Shown: positions 9,255 to 19,358 of the stretch, piece after piece
How positions within the stretch are numbered: the stretch's first letter is position 1
Layout of the letters: each line of letters begins with the position of its first letter
Origin: an uncultured Ignavibacteria bacterium
GTDB taxonomy: Bacteria; Zixibacteria; MSB-5A5; CAIYYT01
Length of the DNA stretch: 64,000 bases
Assembly (NCBI GenBank): GCA_964584025.1
Contig: CAZOYE010000010.1
Span: 14,515 to 78,514 of the forward strand
Direction: 5' to 3'
Position numbers and translations under genes: made by a program
The notes under the pieces: generated by a model
The model's database searches: none
The model's input: only the letters and a program-made list of their open reading frames with translations
What the model was told of the DNA's origin: nothing

Positions 9255-10475
9255 TTATCGAGGGCGAAATACTTCGACCAGGTTCCACATGGGCAGAAAT
9301 ATCGCCAATGCCATGACCAGCACCACGGCGCCCAGGAACATGATCAACAGCGGCTCGATCAGAGTCAGCAGCCGGCGCGTCGTATAGTCGACTTCCCTGT
9401 CGAAGAAGGCAGCGACTTGTTGCAACATGAAATCGAGCGAGCCCGACTCGAGGCCAACCTGCATTAAGGAGACCGCCAAACTGGGAAAGTGCGGCAATTG
9501 GCTGCGGATTGCGGATATCGACTGTCCCTGTTGTACCTGGTTGCGAATGCGTTCGATTTCGCTTTCGACCACCCGATTTCCCACCGCACTCTTTACCGAG
9601 TCGATCGCCGAGAGCAGCGGCGCGCCGGAGGAAAATGCCACGCCAAGCAAATGCGAGAAGCGGGCGACATAAATCTTGTTCAGTAGGCGTCCGAAAATCG
9701 GCAGTTTCAGGACGAGGCCGTCCAGGCGGACACGAACTTGTTTCATTTTGAACAGCTTGATCGCTACCGGGATCAGCACCACGCCGATGACCAGCAGCAC
9801 CGGCCAATAACCGCTAATCAGCCGGTTGAGGTCGAGCATGATCTGCGTCGGCAACGGCAAAGCGGCGTTGTTCTTGGCGTAGAACTGGGCGAAGCGCGGC
9901 ACGACGAAAGTGACCAGACCAAAGAAGGCCAGGATGACCATCACCACGACAATGATGGGATAGCGGATGGCGGTCTTGATCTGTTCGCGCGTTTCGAGAT
10001 CGCGCTCAAGCGTCGTCGCCAGCCGCTCCATGACGACATCCAATCGGCCCGTTTCTTCCGCGACGCGGACCGCGTTAACGTAGGTTTCGTTGAAGACCCC
10101 CGGATGTTGTGCGACGGACTCGGAAAACGAATATCCCTGCTCAAGATCGGAGCGCAGGCGCGAAGCGACATCGGCGAAGCGCGGTGTACCCTCCTGGTCG
10201 GCGATAATACCGAGGGCTCCGCTCAGTGGGATACCGGCACGGTAGAGAGCATTGAGCTTGCGGGTGAAGAGAATCAGGTCCTCGCGCGAGGATTTCTTCT
10301 GCATTTGTGTCTTGAGCTGTTGCAGCAGGCTGTCGGTCCGCGGGCGAATGTCGATCGGAATCAGGTTTCTTTCGGCGAGAAAATCGCGGACAGCTTCCTT
10401 GGAGTCGAGGCGCGCCACACCGTTGACGGCGGCTCCCTGGTAATCGCGCGCCTTATAGGCAAATTCAGTCGGCAT
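9255..10475 (-). CDS. pilC: Type IV pilus assembly platform protein PilC (GspF family)
   Basis: 406 aa polytopic membrane protein with the duplicated GspF architecture. Adjacent to pilB. Confidence 0.85.
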   Translation of the reverse strand: MPTEFAYKARDYQGAAVNGVARLDSKEAVRDFLAERNLIPIDIRPRTDSLLQQLKTQMQKKSSREDLILFTRKLNALYRAGIPLSGALGIIADQEGTPRFADVASRLRSDLEQGYSFSESVAQHPGVFNETYVNAVRVAEETGRLDVVMERLATTLERDLETREQIKTAIRYPIIVVVMVILAFFGLVTFVVPRFAQFYAKNNAALPLPTQIMLDLNRLISGYWPVLLVIGVVLIPVAIKLFKMKQVRVRLDGLVLKLPIFGRLLNKIYVARFSHLLGVAFSSGAPLLSAIDSVKSAVGNRVVESEIERIRNQVQQGQSISAIRSQLPHFPSLAVSLMQVGLESGSLDFMLQQVAAFFDREVDYTTRRLLTLIEPLLIMFLGAVVLVMALAIFLPMWNLVEVFRPR

Positions 10476-12186
10476 GGCTTACCATCAACGGCTGCTCATC
10501 CTGCTGCGTAACGCGCACGATCTCGCGATAGGTGGTGATGCCTTGAATGCCCTTGGCGATCACCTGTTCGCGCATCGTTCTCATGCCGGCTGCCTGAGCC
10601 GCCTGCTTGATGGCGGCTGAAGACGTATTCGCGAGGATCATGTCGCGGATGCGGTTGGAAACGCGCAAGTACTCGTAGACCCCGATTCGTCCCTGGTAGC
10701 CGGTATTGCCGCACTCCTCGCAGCCTGCCCCGGTTCGGAAGTCTTGCTCGTGACCCCTCAGGTCGGAGCCGAGCGCCTCGAGGACGCTGGGAGGTATCGT
10801 GTCCTGGGTCTTGCAGGCCGGACAGATTGTGCGCACGAGTCGCTGCGCGAGAATACCCAACAAACAACTGGCGACAAGATAGTCGTCGACGCCCATATCG
10901 AGCAATCGCGCCACAGCCCCCGCGGCGTCGTTGGTGTGAATGGTGCTCAGGACGAGATGTCCCGTCAAGGCCGCGCGCACAGCCATCTGCGCGGTCTCGG
11001 CGTCGCGGATTTCTCCGACCATAATGACGTCGGGGTTCTGCCGCAGGATCGAGCGCAGGGCAGAGGCGAAAGTGAGTCCTGCCTTCTCATTGATTTGAAC
11101 CTGGTTGATCAATGCCAGGCTGTATTCCACCGGATCCTCAATAGTGATGATGTTCTTCTCGATGCTCTTGATTTCATTGAGCGCCGCATAGAGCGATGTG
11201 GTTTTTCCGGAACCGGTCGGCCCGGTGATCAGGATCAAGCCCTCGGGCTTGCGGATACATTCCTCGAAATCGCGCTGCGTGAGCTGGTCAAAACCCAGGT
11301 TGTTTAAGCCAATCAGCAGGTTGCGCCGGTCGAGAATGCGGAGAACGACTTTTTCCCCATGAATTGTCGGCAAAGTCGAGGCGCGGACATCGATATCGGC
11401 GGAGCCGACCTTCACGACGAAGCGGCCATCCTGGGGAACTCGTTTCTCCGAGACGTCCATATGCGCCATGACCTTGATGCGCGAAACCATGCTGGCGTGG
11501 AGGTTGCGGGGCGGCGCTTGTTGATCCTTGAGAAGACCGTTGATCCGGTAACGCACGCGCAAACGGGACTCCTCCGGCTCAATGTGGATGTCGGACGAGC
11601 GCTCCTTGATCGCCTGGACGATCAGCAAATTGACGAGCTTAATAAGGGGCGCTTCCGAGGCCGCCCCTTCGGCTTCGCTAATGGTAGCCGCCAGTTCATT
11701 CGAACCGGGCACGGCTTCGTCGCCAATGTCCTTGATGACTTCCGCCATCGACTCGCGCAAGGAGTAATACTGGTCAATGGCGCGGGCGATCGATTCGCCG
11801 GAAGCGACGGCACGATTGAGCTTGAGCTTGGTGACGTACTTGAGTTCGTCGAGCGCGATGATATCGAGCGGGTCCGACATGGCAATGGTCAGTGTGGAGC
11901 CGATGCGGAAGACCGGAATCAGGCCATGCTTCTTGGCAATCGAAAGCGGCACCAGTTCGATGACGTTGGGGTCGATGACGATGTTTTCCAGAGAGAGCTT
12001 GGGAATGCCAAGGCGCTCGTGAATCACATCAACGAGGTCGGACTCAGAAATCAGCCCCTTGGTCAGGAGGATCTGGCCAAGGCGCAGCCCGGTACGGGTT
12101 TGCTCTTCCAACACAGCCTGGAGCTGGTTGGTCGTGAGCAAGCCGCGTTCGACCAAGAGATCGCCGATGCGTTTTGTTGTGCTCAT
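10465..12186 (-). CDS. pilB: Type IV pilus assembly ATPase PilB (GspE family)
   Basis: N-terminal GspII_E domain. Walker A GPTGSGKTT. Asp box, Walker B and His box. Tetracysteine CPACK...CEECGNTGYQGR. Confidence 0.9.
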   Translation of the reverse strand: MSTTKRIGDLLVERGLLTTNQLQAVLEEQTRTGLRLGQILLTKGLISESDLVDVIHERLGIPKLSLENIVIDPNVIELVPLSIAKKHGLIPVFRIGSTLTIAMSDPLDIIALDELKYVTKLKLNRAVASGESIARAIDQYYSLRESMAEVIKDIGDEAVPGSNELAATISEAEGAASEAPLIKLVNLLIVQAIKERSSDIHIEPEESRLRVRYRINGLLKDQQAPPRNLHASMVSRIKVMAHMDVSEKRVPQDGRFVVKVGSADIDVRASTLPTIHGEKVVLRILDRRNLLIGLNNLGFDQLTQRDFEECIRKPEGLILITGPTGSGKTTSLYAALNEIKSIEKNIITIEDPVEYSLALINQVQINEKAGLTFASALRSILRQNPDVIMVGEIRDAETAQMAVRAALTGHLVLSTIHTNDAAGAVARLLDMGVDDYLVASCLLGILAQRLVRTICPACKTQDTIPPSVLEALGSDLRGHEQDFRTGAGCEECGNTGYQGRIGVYEYLRVSNRIRDMILANTSSAAIKQAAQAAGMRTMREQVIAKGIQGITTYREIVRVTQQDEQPLMVSHAD

Positions 12187-12437
12187 AAATTGCGCTCACT
12201 TCCTCTTGTCGGGAAATTCCCGGTGCGCTTGAGCGAGGTTTCGCTATGTTGCGTTGCCCAAGCTACTTGCCTGCTGAACTGCTGCGCGGGCTGCTGTTTC
12301 CCTTCGAAATTCCGCTGTTCCAGAAGTGATGTGGCATTTGTGCACACCCCCGCGAGCAATTGCACCGGGCTCCGATACTGTGCAGTGACGAGCGAACTCA
12401 TCAGCCTCAATTAGTCAGTGGATACGGAGGTACAATC

Positions 12438-12872
12438 ATGCCGACTATCGAATGGAGCAACGGACTCGAAATCAACGTACCGGAGATCGACCAGCAGCAC
12501 CGGCAGTACGTGACGTTAATGAATGATTTGCATCAGGCCGTAGAAGCTCGACAGGAAAAGGCCGATTTGATAGCGATTGTTGCGCGCATGGTCAACCACG
12601 GCGAGCGGCAGTTTGTCGACGAGGAAGCGTTGATGTATCGCGTCGGCTACCCGCAATTACAGGCGCACCGGACAGCGCATCGGCGACATTTGGACCGCAT
12701 CCTGGAATTCAAGTCCGAGATCCAGAAATCGGGCGCGGCAAGCGCGCAGGAAATGTTGCTCTACCTCAAAAATTGGGTGATAACCCACTTTCAGCACGAA
12801 GACAACGGGTATGGCCAGTTCATTGCAAAGCAGAAGGATGCGACACAGAAGATCCCGACGGCCCTGCGTTAG
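12438..12872 (+). CDS. Hemerythrin-like (bacteriohemerythrin) protein
   Basis: IEWSNGLEINVPEIDQQHRQYV and HF..E..LM..VGYP.L..H...H motifs. Start placed at the ATG 12438, which has a GGAGG RBS. Confidence 0.8.
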   Translation: MPTIEWSNGLEINVPEIDQQHRQYVTLMNDLHQAVEARQEKADLIAIVARMVNHGERQFVDEEALMYRVGYPQLQAHRTAHRRHLDRILEFKSEIQKSGAASAQEMLLYLKNWVITHFQHEDNGYGQFIAKQKDATQKIPTALR

Positions 12873-13016
12873 CGACGGGAATAAGCGTCGGCGGCTGTCC
12901 CAGCAAAGTTAAGGGCACTCACTTCTCCCGGTAACTGGATTAGAGGAGCGATTTGCCGACAGAGATCGGAAAGAACACGCGACATGGTAATCTACTGACG
13001 ATAACTCGGAGGATGT

Positions 13017-13433
13017 ATGGCATTCTTTGACTGGAACGACAAGCTCAGCGTCCAGGTCCCGGAAATGGACCAGCAACACAAGAAGCTGATTGCGATCATC
13101 AATGAACTTCACGAAGCGATGTCGAATCGTCGCGCCGCGAATATGATCGACGGCACGATTGCGCGCCTGGTCGACTACACCAAGACGCATTTTGGCGATG
13201 AAGAACGTTTCCTGCAACGCATCAACTATCCGAAGCTGCAAGCGCAGAAAAGCTCGCATGTCCGTTTTGTCGACCGCATCAACCAATTCAAGGCGGAATA
13301 CGAGAGGAACCAGGCGGTGTCCGCGCCGGAGATGATGATGTTCCTGAAAAACTGGCTGACCGGCCACATCCAGAGTGACGACGCCGAATACGGCAAGTTC
13401 GTCACAAGCAATCAGAAGACCGGCGTCCGCTAG
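13017..13433 (+). CDS. Hemerythrin-like (bacteriohemerythrin) protein, paralog
   Basis: FDWNDKLSVQVPEMDQQHKKLIAIINELHEA...HFGDEERFL...H..FV. RBS GGAGG upstream. Confidence 0.8.
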   Translation: MAFFDWNDKLSVQVPEMDQQHKKLIAIINELHEAMSNRRAANMIDGTIARLVDYTKTHFGDEERFLQRINYPKLQAQKSSHVRFVDRINQFKAEYERNQAVSAPEMMMFLKNWLTGHIQSDDAEYGKFVTSNQKTGVR

Positions 13434-13448
13434 CGGCGCAGAACCGGA

Positions 13449-14198
13449 CTACTTGTCGCGGGGTTGGCAGCACGACGACTCGGTTTGCGCCGTCTGCTCG
13501 TTATAGCTGATCTTGGGGCTGAGGATCGGGATCCCCAGTGACATGCCGCGGAGAATGAACAATAACGCCAGGACGCTCGCGAGCACCGGGAGCGTCCGGC
13601 GCAGCGCATGCCGCCAGCGCTGCCCGATAAAGTCCCCGACATACGAAAACGCCAGCAGGATCGGGATTGTACCGAGTCCAAACGCGGCCATGTAACCGGC
13701 GCCTATGGCGGCGCTTCCCGTGGCCACCGCGCCAGCCAGCGCAAGGTAAACGAACCCGCACGGCAGAAATCCGTTCAGGACGCCGATGGCGTAGAGAGAG
13801 GACTTGGAGTTGTTGCGAAAGAGGCGTCCCCACCAACCGCTGATTCGGGCATACAGCCGACCCAGCCCAAGCGTGTCTATCAGCCGTTGCGAGTAGCGTG
13901 ACGGAACAACAAGAACCAGCACGATCAGCACACCGAGAGCGATCGAGAGTCCCTGTTGGTAGCCGGCGATAAAAATCGAGTGGCCGATCAGACCGAAGAC
14001 CAATCCGATAATGGCGTAAGTCGTAACCCGGCCTAGATTGTAGACGAGGCGACCGAGCAGAAACGAGAGACGAGTACGATGGTCTGCGGGAAGAGCAGCG
14101 ACGATCGGCCCGCACATGCCCACGCAGTGAAGGGATCCAGCCAAGCCCACGATAAAACCGGCGATAATGGCAGTCATCGCAATATTACTCCAAATCAA
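13449..14198 (-). CDS. Polytopic membrane protein with HCxGMCGP motif (TauE/SafE- or DsbD-like), associated with the cbb3 cluster
   Basis: LAGSLHCVGMCGPIV and FLPCGFVYLALAGAV are repeated half-motifs. About 8 TM. Lies downstream of ccoH. Confidence 0.45.
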   Translation of the reverse strand: MIWSNIAMTAIIAGFIVGLAGSLHCVGMCGPIVAALPADHRTRLSFLLGRLVYNLGRVTTYAIIGLVFGLIGHSIFIAGYQQGLSIALGVLIVLVLVVPSRYSQRLIDTLGLGRLYARISGWWGRLFRNNSKSSLYAIGVLNGFLPCGFVYLALAGAVATGSAAIGAGYMAAFGLGTIPILLAFSYVGDFIGQRWRHALRRTLPVLASVLALLFILRGMSLGIPILSPKISYNEQTAQTESSCCQPRDK

Positions 14199-14688
14199 TG
14201 TTCAGTTCTGAATAGAGTTCTTCGGCGCCGAGGTGCCACATAAATTTGAGCTTCCAGGCGCCGCGCGGCAGGCGAGTGCAATCGATCACTTGCCGATTCT
14301 TGTCGTCGAGCGAGATGTCGTAACTGCGGTCGGAGGCGGCATTGGCCGGACGAAAGAGCATGAGCTTGCCGCTCACTTGATCCCGCGGCAGCCCGGCAGG
14401 ATAATCGACAATAATACTATTGGTCTGCCGATCGAAGTTGGCGATGATGAGATGTCCCAGCTCGGCGGTGCGCCTAAGGCGGTCGATCTGATCCTGGTAC
14501 TTCACTTCCTGTTCATAGTAGTCGCGAGCCACCAGATCACTCCGCTGAAACCTCGAGGCGATTACCAAGCCGACCATGAGCAGCATGAATGCGCCGTAGA
14601 CGACGGCAATCCCGATTCCCCAATGGCTCTTCTTAGTCGTCGTCATCCCGATGGTCCTCCTTCTCGTGCTTTGCGATTCGTGGACCAA
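14185..14688 (-). CDS. ccoH: FixH/CcoH-like cbb3 oxidase assembly protein
   Basis: N-terminal TM (GIGIAVVYGAFMLLMVGLVIA) plus a periplasmic domain. Position after ccoG. Confidence 0.55.
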   Translation of the reverse strand: MVHESQSTRRRTIGMTTTKKSHWGIGIAVVYGAFMLLMVGLVIASRFQRSDLVARDYYEQEVKYQDQIDRLRRTAELGHLIIANFDRQTNSIIVDYPAGLPRDQVSGKLMLFRPANAASDRSYDISLDDKNRQVIDCTRLPRGAWKLKFMWHLGAEELYSELNIDLE

Positions 14689-16078
14689 GGAACTTGGTCT
14701 TGACTTCTTCCATCAATATATTGCCCGCCCAAACTTGAACTGTGAGATCATCATGCGAGGACAGCAGATCGGCCCGCGGCCGATCAATGAAAAACGCCTG
14801 TTCAGCCAGACCCTGGGGCTCGAGACTGATTGCGCCGGCAACCATGGTGATGCTGCCGCTGACATCTTTCAGCTTGAGCTCGATCTCCATCGGATCGAAT
14901 GTCTTATTGATGACCTTGAAGGAATAAAGATTGCGAATCAAGTCACCCTCCGTCTCCTGGTACATAACGCCCGGAGTGCGAAAGATCGTGGTCTCAATGT
15001 CACTGCGCCCTGCCAGAAACACGATCAGCAGAGTAAGCAACGCCGCGAGCACGAGCGAATATCCGATGATTCTCGGCGTCAGACGCAGGCGTTCGCCCTG
15101 GGCAATGCCGCGATGGGAGGCGTAGCGCACCAGCCCCTTTGGCAGGCCGACCTTGTCCATGACCTTGTTGCAGGCGTCGATGCAGGCCGTGCAGTTGACG
15201 CATTCGAGTTGCGTGCCATTGCGGATGTCGATGCCGGTCGGACAAACTTCGACGCATTGGTTGCACTCAATGCAGTTGCCGGCCTTGCGTTCGGCAAGCG
15301 GTGTCTTGGGCGAGAGCGGCGCGCGCGGCTCGCCGCGCTTAAAATCGTAGGAGACGACGATCGAGCGGGCGTCGAGCAGCACCGATTGCAGCCGACCGTA
15401 GGGGCAGACGATGAAGCAGACCTGCTCGCGAAAGCGCGCGAAGACGCCGTAAGTAATCAGGCTGAAGATGACGACGGCGATGAAGGCGCCCAGATGCGGT
15501 CCTGGACCGTCGGCAACCAATTGCATGAGTTTGTCGACTCCGACCATCCAGGCCACGACGGTGTTTCCAACCAGAAAGGAAATCGCGAGGAAGATCGCGT
15601 GCTTGGAAAGCTTCTTGAAAGCCTTGCTGCCGCTCCAGGGGGCGCGATCGAGAGCGCGCTGCTTGCCGGAATTGCCTTCGATCCAGTACTCAACTTTACG
15701 GAAGACCATCTCCATGAAGATGGTCTGGGGACAGGCCCAGCCGCACCAGAGTCGGCCGAAGATCACCGTGAACAGCACGATGAAGACCACAAAGGTGAGG
15801 GTCGCGAGAACGAAGAGGTGAAAATCCTGCGGCCAGAATGCGAGCCCAAACAAAACGAATTTGCGCTCGAAGACATTGAAGAGCAGCAAAGGGTGATCGC
15901 CGACCTTGATAAACGGCGCCCCGAACATGAACGCGAGCAGCGCTACCGCGACCCAGGCGCGCGCGCGGTGAAACGGACCGCGCGGTTTGGAGGGATAGAT
16001 GACGACGCGCTTGCCCTGATCGTCGACCGTGGCAATATGGTCACGATACGAGTTCTTGTCCTGCCTGGCCGTTGACAA
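14633..16078 (-). CDS. ccoG: CcoG/FixG 4Fe-4S ferredoxin-type cbb3 oxidase accessory protein
   Basis: CIECNQCVEVCPTGIDIR and CVNCTACIDACN ferredoxin motifs. Multiple TM. Confidence 0.8.
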   Translation of the reverse strand: MSTARQDKNSYRDHIATVDDQGKRVVIYPSKPRGPFHRARAWVAVALLAFMFGAPFIKVGDHPLLLFNVFERKFVLFGLAFWPQDFHLFVLATLTFVVFIVLFTVIFGRLWCGWACPQTIFMEMVFRKVEYWIEGNSGKQRALDRAPWSGSKAFKKLSKHAIFLAISFLVGNTVVAWMVGVDKLMQLVADGPGPHLGAFIAVVIFSLITYGVFARFREQVCFIVCPYGRLQSVLLDARSIVVSYDFKRGEPRAPLSPKTPLAERKAGNCIECNQCVEVCPTGIDIRNGTQLECVNCTACIDACNKVMDKVGLPKGLVRYASHRGIAQGERLRLTPRIIGYSLVLAALLTLLIVFLAGRSDIETTIFRTPGVMYQETEGDLIRNLYSFKVINKTFDPMEIELKLKDVSGSITMVAGAISLEPQGLAEQAFFIDRPRADLLSSHDDLTVQVWAGNILMEEVKTKFLGPRIAKHEKEDHRDDDD

Positions 16079-16178
16079 TTCTAACTCACTTTGTCAAAGC
16101 GACTGTGGCAGAGCACTCGGCTGCTCCGCCTCCGTAACAGGCTGCGCAAAGCGATACCGCAGCCTGGTGCTACTCCCG

Positions 16179-16886
16179 TTATGGGACTACTTTCTCTCCC
16201 TGCGGCGCCTTCCCGTTCGGCGGGTTGGTGCCATACAGGGTCAAAACGTAACTGGCGACCTGGTGGATTTCTTCTTGTTTGAGGAATCCGCGCCAGGCGA
16301 TCATCCCTTTGGCAGGGACACCGAATTTGATCGTCTTGAGTACATTATTGACTCCGGCGCCGTGCAACCAATAATCGTCCGTCAGGTTCGGTCCGATGCC
16401 GCCTTCACCGACAGCGCCGTGGCACTGGACGCAGTTTTTCTTGTATGTCGCCTGCCCTGCCGCCAACGCCGCCTCATCAGTGAGTGCGGCATATTCCGGT
16501 TCATCCTCCGGTCGCTCTTCGACAAATGCCTGTCGTGGGCCGCTCATGGCAATCGAGTAGGGCGTTTCATCCCCACCCGGCCGGTGCCAGGGCGACTGGA
16601 ACGGCGTAAAGACCGTGGAGGGAGAGTAATTGGGGTTCATGTCGCGCGTGTACTTGGGATTGACTTCACTCTGGTACTCGTCGTAGCTGGTGTATCCTGC
16701 CCCGACGATATGGTAAAAAGTGAAGTACAACACGGCCCAGACGATGGTGATATAGAACATGTAGAGCCACCAGGGCGGCAGATCGTTATCAAGCTCCTGA
16801 ATCCCATCGTAGTCGTGGTCGAGCAGTTCGTCTTTATGCTTGGCCATTCTATCTATCTCCGCAATCGTCGAGAGTAGTTGAGTCAT
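16179..16886 (-). CDS. ccoP: cbb3-type cytochrome oxidase c-type cytochrome subunit (CcoP-like, single CxxCH detected)
   Basis: N-terminal TM. Heme motif CVQCHGAVGEGGIGPNLTDDYWLHG. Confidence 0.7.
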   Translation of the reverse strand: MTQLLSTIAEIDRMAKHKDELLDHDYDGIQELDNDLPPWWLYMFYITIVWAVLYFTFYHIVGAGYTSYDEYQSEVNPKYTRDMNPNYSPSTVFTPFQSPWHRPGGDETPYSIAMSGPRQAFVEERPEDEPEYAALTDEAALAAGQATYKKNCVQCHGAVGEGGIGPNLTDDYWLHGAGVNNVLKTIKFGVPAKGMIAWRGFLKQEEIHQVASYVLTLYGTNPPNGKAPQGEKVVP

Positions 16887-17037
16887 CGAGCGGCAGCCGG
16901 CTGAGCCGGACCACTTCCTGTTTGCGCATGCGCAGCGCCCAGATCACGACGCCAATGAAGGCGCCAAAGAAGAGCAGCAACGTGATGATCGGGTACAACT
17001 GGACGCCGCCGATGGAGCTGAGGACTTCGCTGATCAT
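16849..17037 (-). CDS. CcoQ-like small membrane subunit
   Basis: 62 aa with one TM (LYPIITLLLFFGAFIGVVIWAL). Lies between ccoNO and ccoP. Confidence 0.4.
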   Translation of the reverse strand: MISEVLSSIGGVQLYPIITLLLFFGAFIGVVIWALRMRKQEVVRLSRLPLDDSTTLDDCGDR

Positions 17038-19169
17038 TGGGCCACCTGTGTTCCGACTTTGATGTCTGTTCCCAAGCGCTGCAAATAGGCGATCAGTGCG
17101 ATGATTTCATCGTCCCAGTTGGCGATGATCTTCGACTCTTCCAGCCTCTTGGTGATTTCCATCCCCTGCTTCTGCATATCGTCCAGGGCCTGCGCTTCAT
17201 AACCCTCCGGGTACGGCACGCCGAGCGAGCGCATGGCGCCGATCTTGCCGACCGTGTGATCGGTGTTGAGCTTGTCGGTTAGCAGCCACGGGTAAGGCGG
17301 CATAATCGAACCGGGCGACATCGAGGTTGGGATTTCCATATGCTGGTAGTGCCAGGCATCAGGATACTTTCCGCCGACGCGGTGCAAGTCCGGCCCGGTG
17401 CGTTTTGATCCCCAGAGAAACGGATGATCATAAACGAATTCGCCGACCTTGGAGTACTCGCCGTAGCGCTCAGTCTCTGAGCGGAATGGCCGCACCATCT
17501 GCGAGTGGCAATTGTTGCAGCCTTCGCGAATGTAGATGTCGCGTCCTTCAAGTTCGAGCGGCGTGTACGGCTTAACCGAGGCGATCGTGGGGACGTTCGA
17601 CTTCACCAGGAAAGTCGGGATGAACTCGATCACGCCGCCAATCGCTACGGCGACGAGAGAAAGAAGCATGAAGCGTACCGGCTTGGACTCGATCCAGCGG
17701 TGACCGTAGCCTTCCTTGAGGTCGAAACGCTCTTCGTGGTGCGCAACCAGACCCGGCGCCTGCGCTTCCTCGTTATCAACGGCTTTCCCGGTTTTGATCG
17801 TCTTAAAGAGGTTGTAGCCCATCACAAAGACGCCGGCCAGAAACAACGTGCCGCCGAAGGCGCGGATCGCGTACATCGGCGTGATTTGCGAGACGATTTC
17901 CAGGAAGTTCGGATACTGAAGCAATCCGACATCGTTGAATTGCTTCCAGAGCAATCCTTCCGTCCAGCCGGCAAAATACATCGGCACGGCATAGAAGACG
18001 ATGCCCAGCGTCGAAATCCAGAAGTGGAAGTTTGCCATCTTGCGCGAATAGAGCTGGGTGTTGAACATTCGGGGAACGAGCCAGTAGAGCATACCAAAGG
18101 TCAGCAATCCGTTCCAGCCAAGTGCGCCGACGTGAACATGGGCGATCGTCCAACTGGTGTAGTGCGAGATGGCGTTGACGCTCTTGATCGAGAGCATCGG
18201 TCCTTCGAAGGTCGCCATGCCATACGCTGTAACGGCAACGACCATGAACTTGAGCACGGGATCTTCGCGCACTTTGTCCCAGGCGCCGCGCAGGGTTAAC
18301 AAACCGTTGATCATACCGCCCCAGGAGGGCGCGATGAGCATGATCGAGAAGACGGTACCGAGCGACTGTGCCCAGTCGGGAAGCGCCGTGTAGAGCAAGT
18401 GGTGCGGCCCGGCCCAGATGTAAATGAAGATCAGCGCCCAGAAGTGAATGATCGAGAGTCGGTAGGAAAACACCGGACGTCCCGACATCTTCGGAATGAA
18501 GTAGTACATCAATCCGAGGTAGGGCGTTGTCAGGAAGAACGCGACAGCGTTGTGTCCGTACCACCACTGCACGAGCGCATCCTGAACCCCGGCATAGACC
18601 GGATAGCTCTTGAAGAGGTTGACGGGGATTTCAATCGAGTTCACGATGTGCAGCATCGCGACCGTTACGACAGTCGCGATGTAGAACCAGATCGCGACGT
18701 ACATGTGCCGCTCGCGCCGCTTGATGATGGTGCCGAACATGTTGATGGCAAAGATCACCCAGACGGCGGCGATCAGGATGTCGATCGGCCACTCGAGTTC
18801 CGCGTATTCCTTGCTCGTCGTCATCCCCAGCGGCAGTGTAATTGCGGCGAGCACGATAATCAGTTGCCAGCCCCAGAAGTGCAGGTGGCTGAGCACGTCC
18901 GAGAACATCCGGGCCTTACACAGGCGCTGGAGCGAGTAGTAGACTCCCGTGAAGATGCCGTTGCCGACGAAGGCAAAGATCACCGCGTTGGTATGCAGCG
19001 GCCGCAGCCGGCCGTAGGTGAACCACGAGATGCCGTGATTGGCGCCGGGCAGGAATATCTGCAGGGCGATGATCACCCCGACCAGCATCCCGACGGCACC
19101 CCAGACAACCGTGGCGTACGTAAAGTATCTGACAATCTTGTTGTCATAACTAAACGTTTCGAGTTGCAT
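17034..19169 (-). CDS. ccoNO: cbb3-type cytochrome c oxidase, fused CcoN (catalytic heme-copper subunit)-CcoO (monoheme cytochrome c)
   Basis: 711 aa. 12+ TM with His ligands (HVHVGALGW). C-terminal CNNCHSQMVRPF heme c site. Confidence 0.9.
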   Translation of the reverse strand: MQLETFSYDNKIVRYFTYATVVWGAVGMLVGVIIALQIFLPGANHGISWFTYGRLRPLHTNAVIFAFVGNGIFTGVYYSLQRLCKARMFSDVLSHLHFWGWQLIIVLAAITLPLGMTTSKEYAELEWPIDILIAAVWVIFAINMFGTIIKRRERHMYVAIWFYIATVVTVAMLHIVNSIEIPVNLFKSYPVYAGVQDALVQWWYGHNAVAFFLTTPYLGLMYYFIPKMSGRPVFSYRLSIIHFWALIFIYIWAGPHHLLYTALPDWAQSLGTVFSIMLIAPSWGGMINGLLTLRGAWDKVREDPVLKFMVVAVTAYGMATFEGPMLSIKSVNAISHYTSWTIAHVHVGALGWNGLLTFGMLYWLVPRMFNTQLYSRKMANFHFWISTLGIVFYAVPMYFAGWTEGLLWKQFNDVGLLQYPNFLEIVSQITPMYAIRAFGGTLFLAGVFVMGYNLFKTIKTGKAVDNEEAQAPGLVAHHEERFDLKEGYGHRWIESKPVRFMLLSLVAVAIGGVIEFIPTFLVKSNVPTIASVKPYTPLELEGRDIYIREGCNNCHSQMVRPFRSETERYGEYSKVGEFVYDHPFLWGSKRTGPDLHRVGGKYPDAWHYQHMEIPTSMSPGSIMPPYPWLLTDKLNTDHTVGKIGAMRSLGVPYPEGYEAQALDDMQKQGMEITKRLEESKIIANWDDEIIALIAYLQRLGTDIKVGTQVAQ

Positions 19170-19172
19170 GCC

Positions 19173-19358
19173 TCAATTCTCCCTCACTGTATGTGAATCG
19201 TTATTTTGCGGACTTAATGGCGGGTCGTCGTGCAGCATCCGCACACTCGGTGTGTAGGTATCCTCGTATTGCCCGTGACGCACCGCCCAGATAAACATGA
19301 ACAGAAAGCCAACAGCGGCCAGTAGGCTGAATCCGATGAGCAGAAAGAGCGCCGACAT
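19173..19358 (-). CDS. ccoS: CcoS cbb3 oxidase maturation protein
   Basis: 61 aa: MSALFLLIGFSLLAAVGFLFMFIWAVRHGQYED, the typical CcoS. Immediately downstream of ccoI. Confidence 0.7.
   Translation of the reverse strand: MSALFLLIGFSLLAAVGFLFMFIWAVRHGQYEDTYTPSVRMLHDDPPLSPQNNDSHTVREN

Noticed and set aside
17505-19196. Several 250-265-aa ORFs on both strands (17505-18299, 17803-18567, 18399-19196)
   Set aside because: All lie within or antisense to the ccoNO gene, whose identity is unambiguous (heme-copper His ligands, CNNCH).
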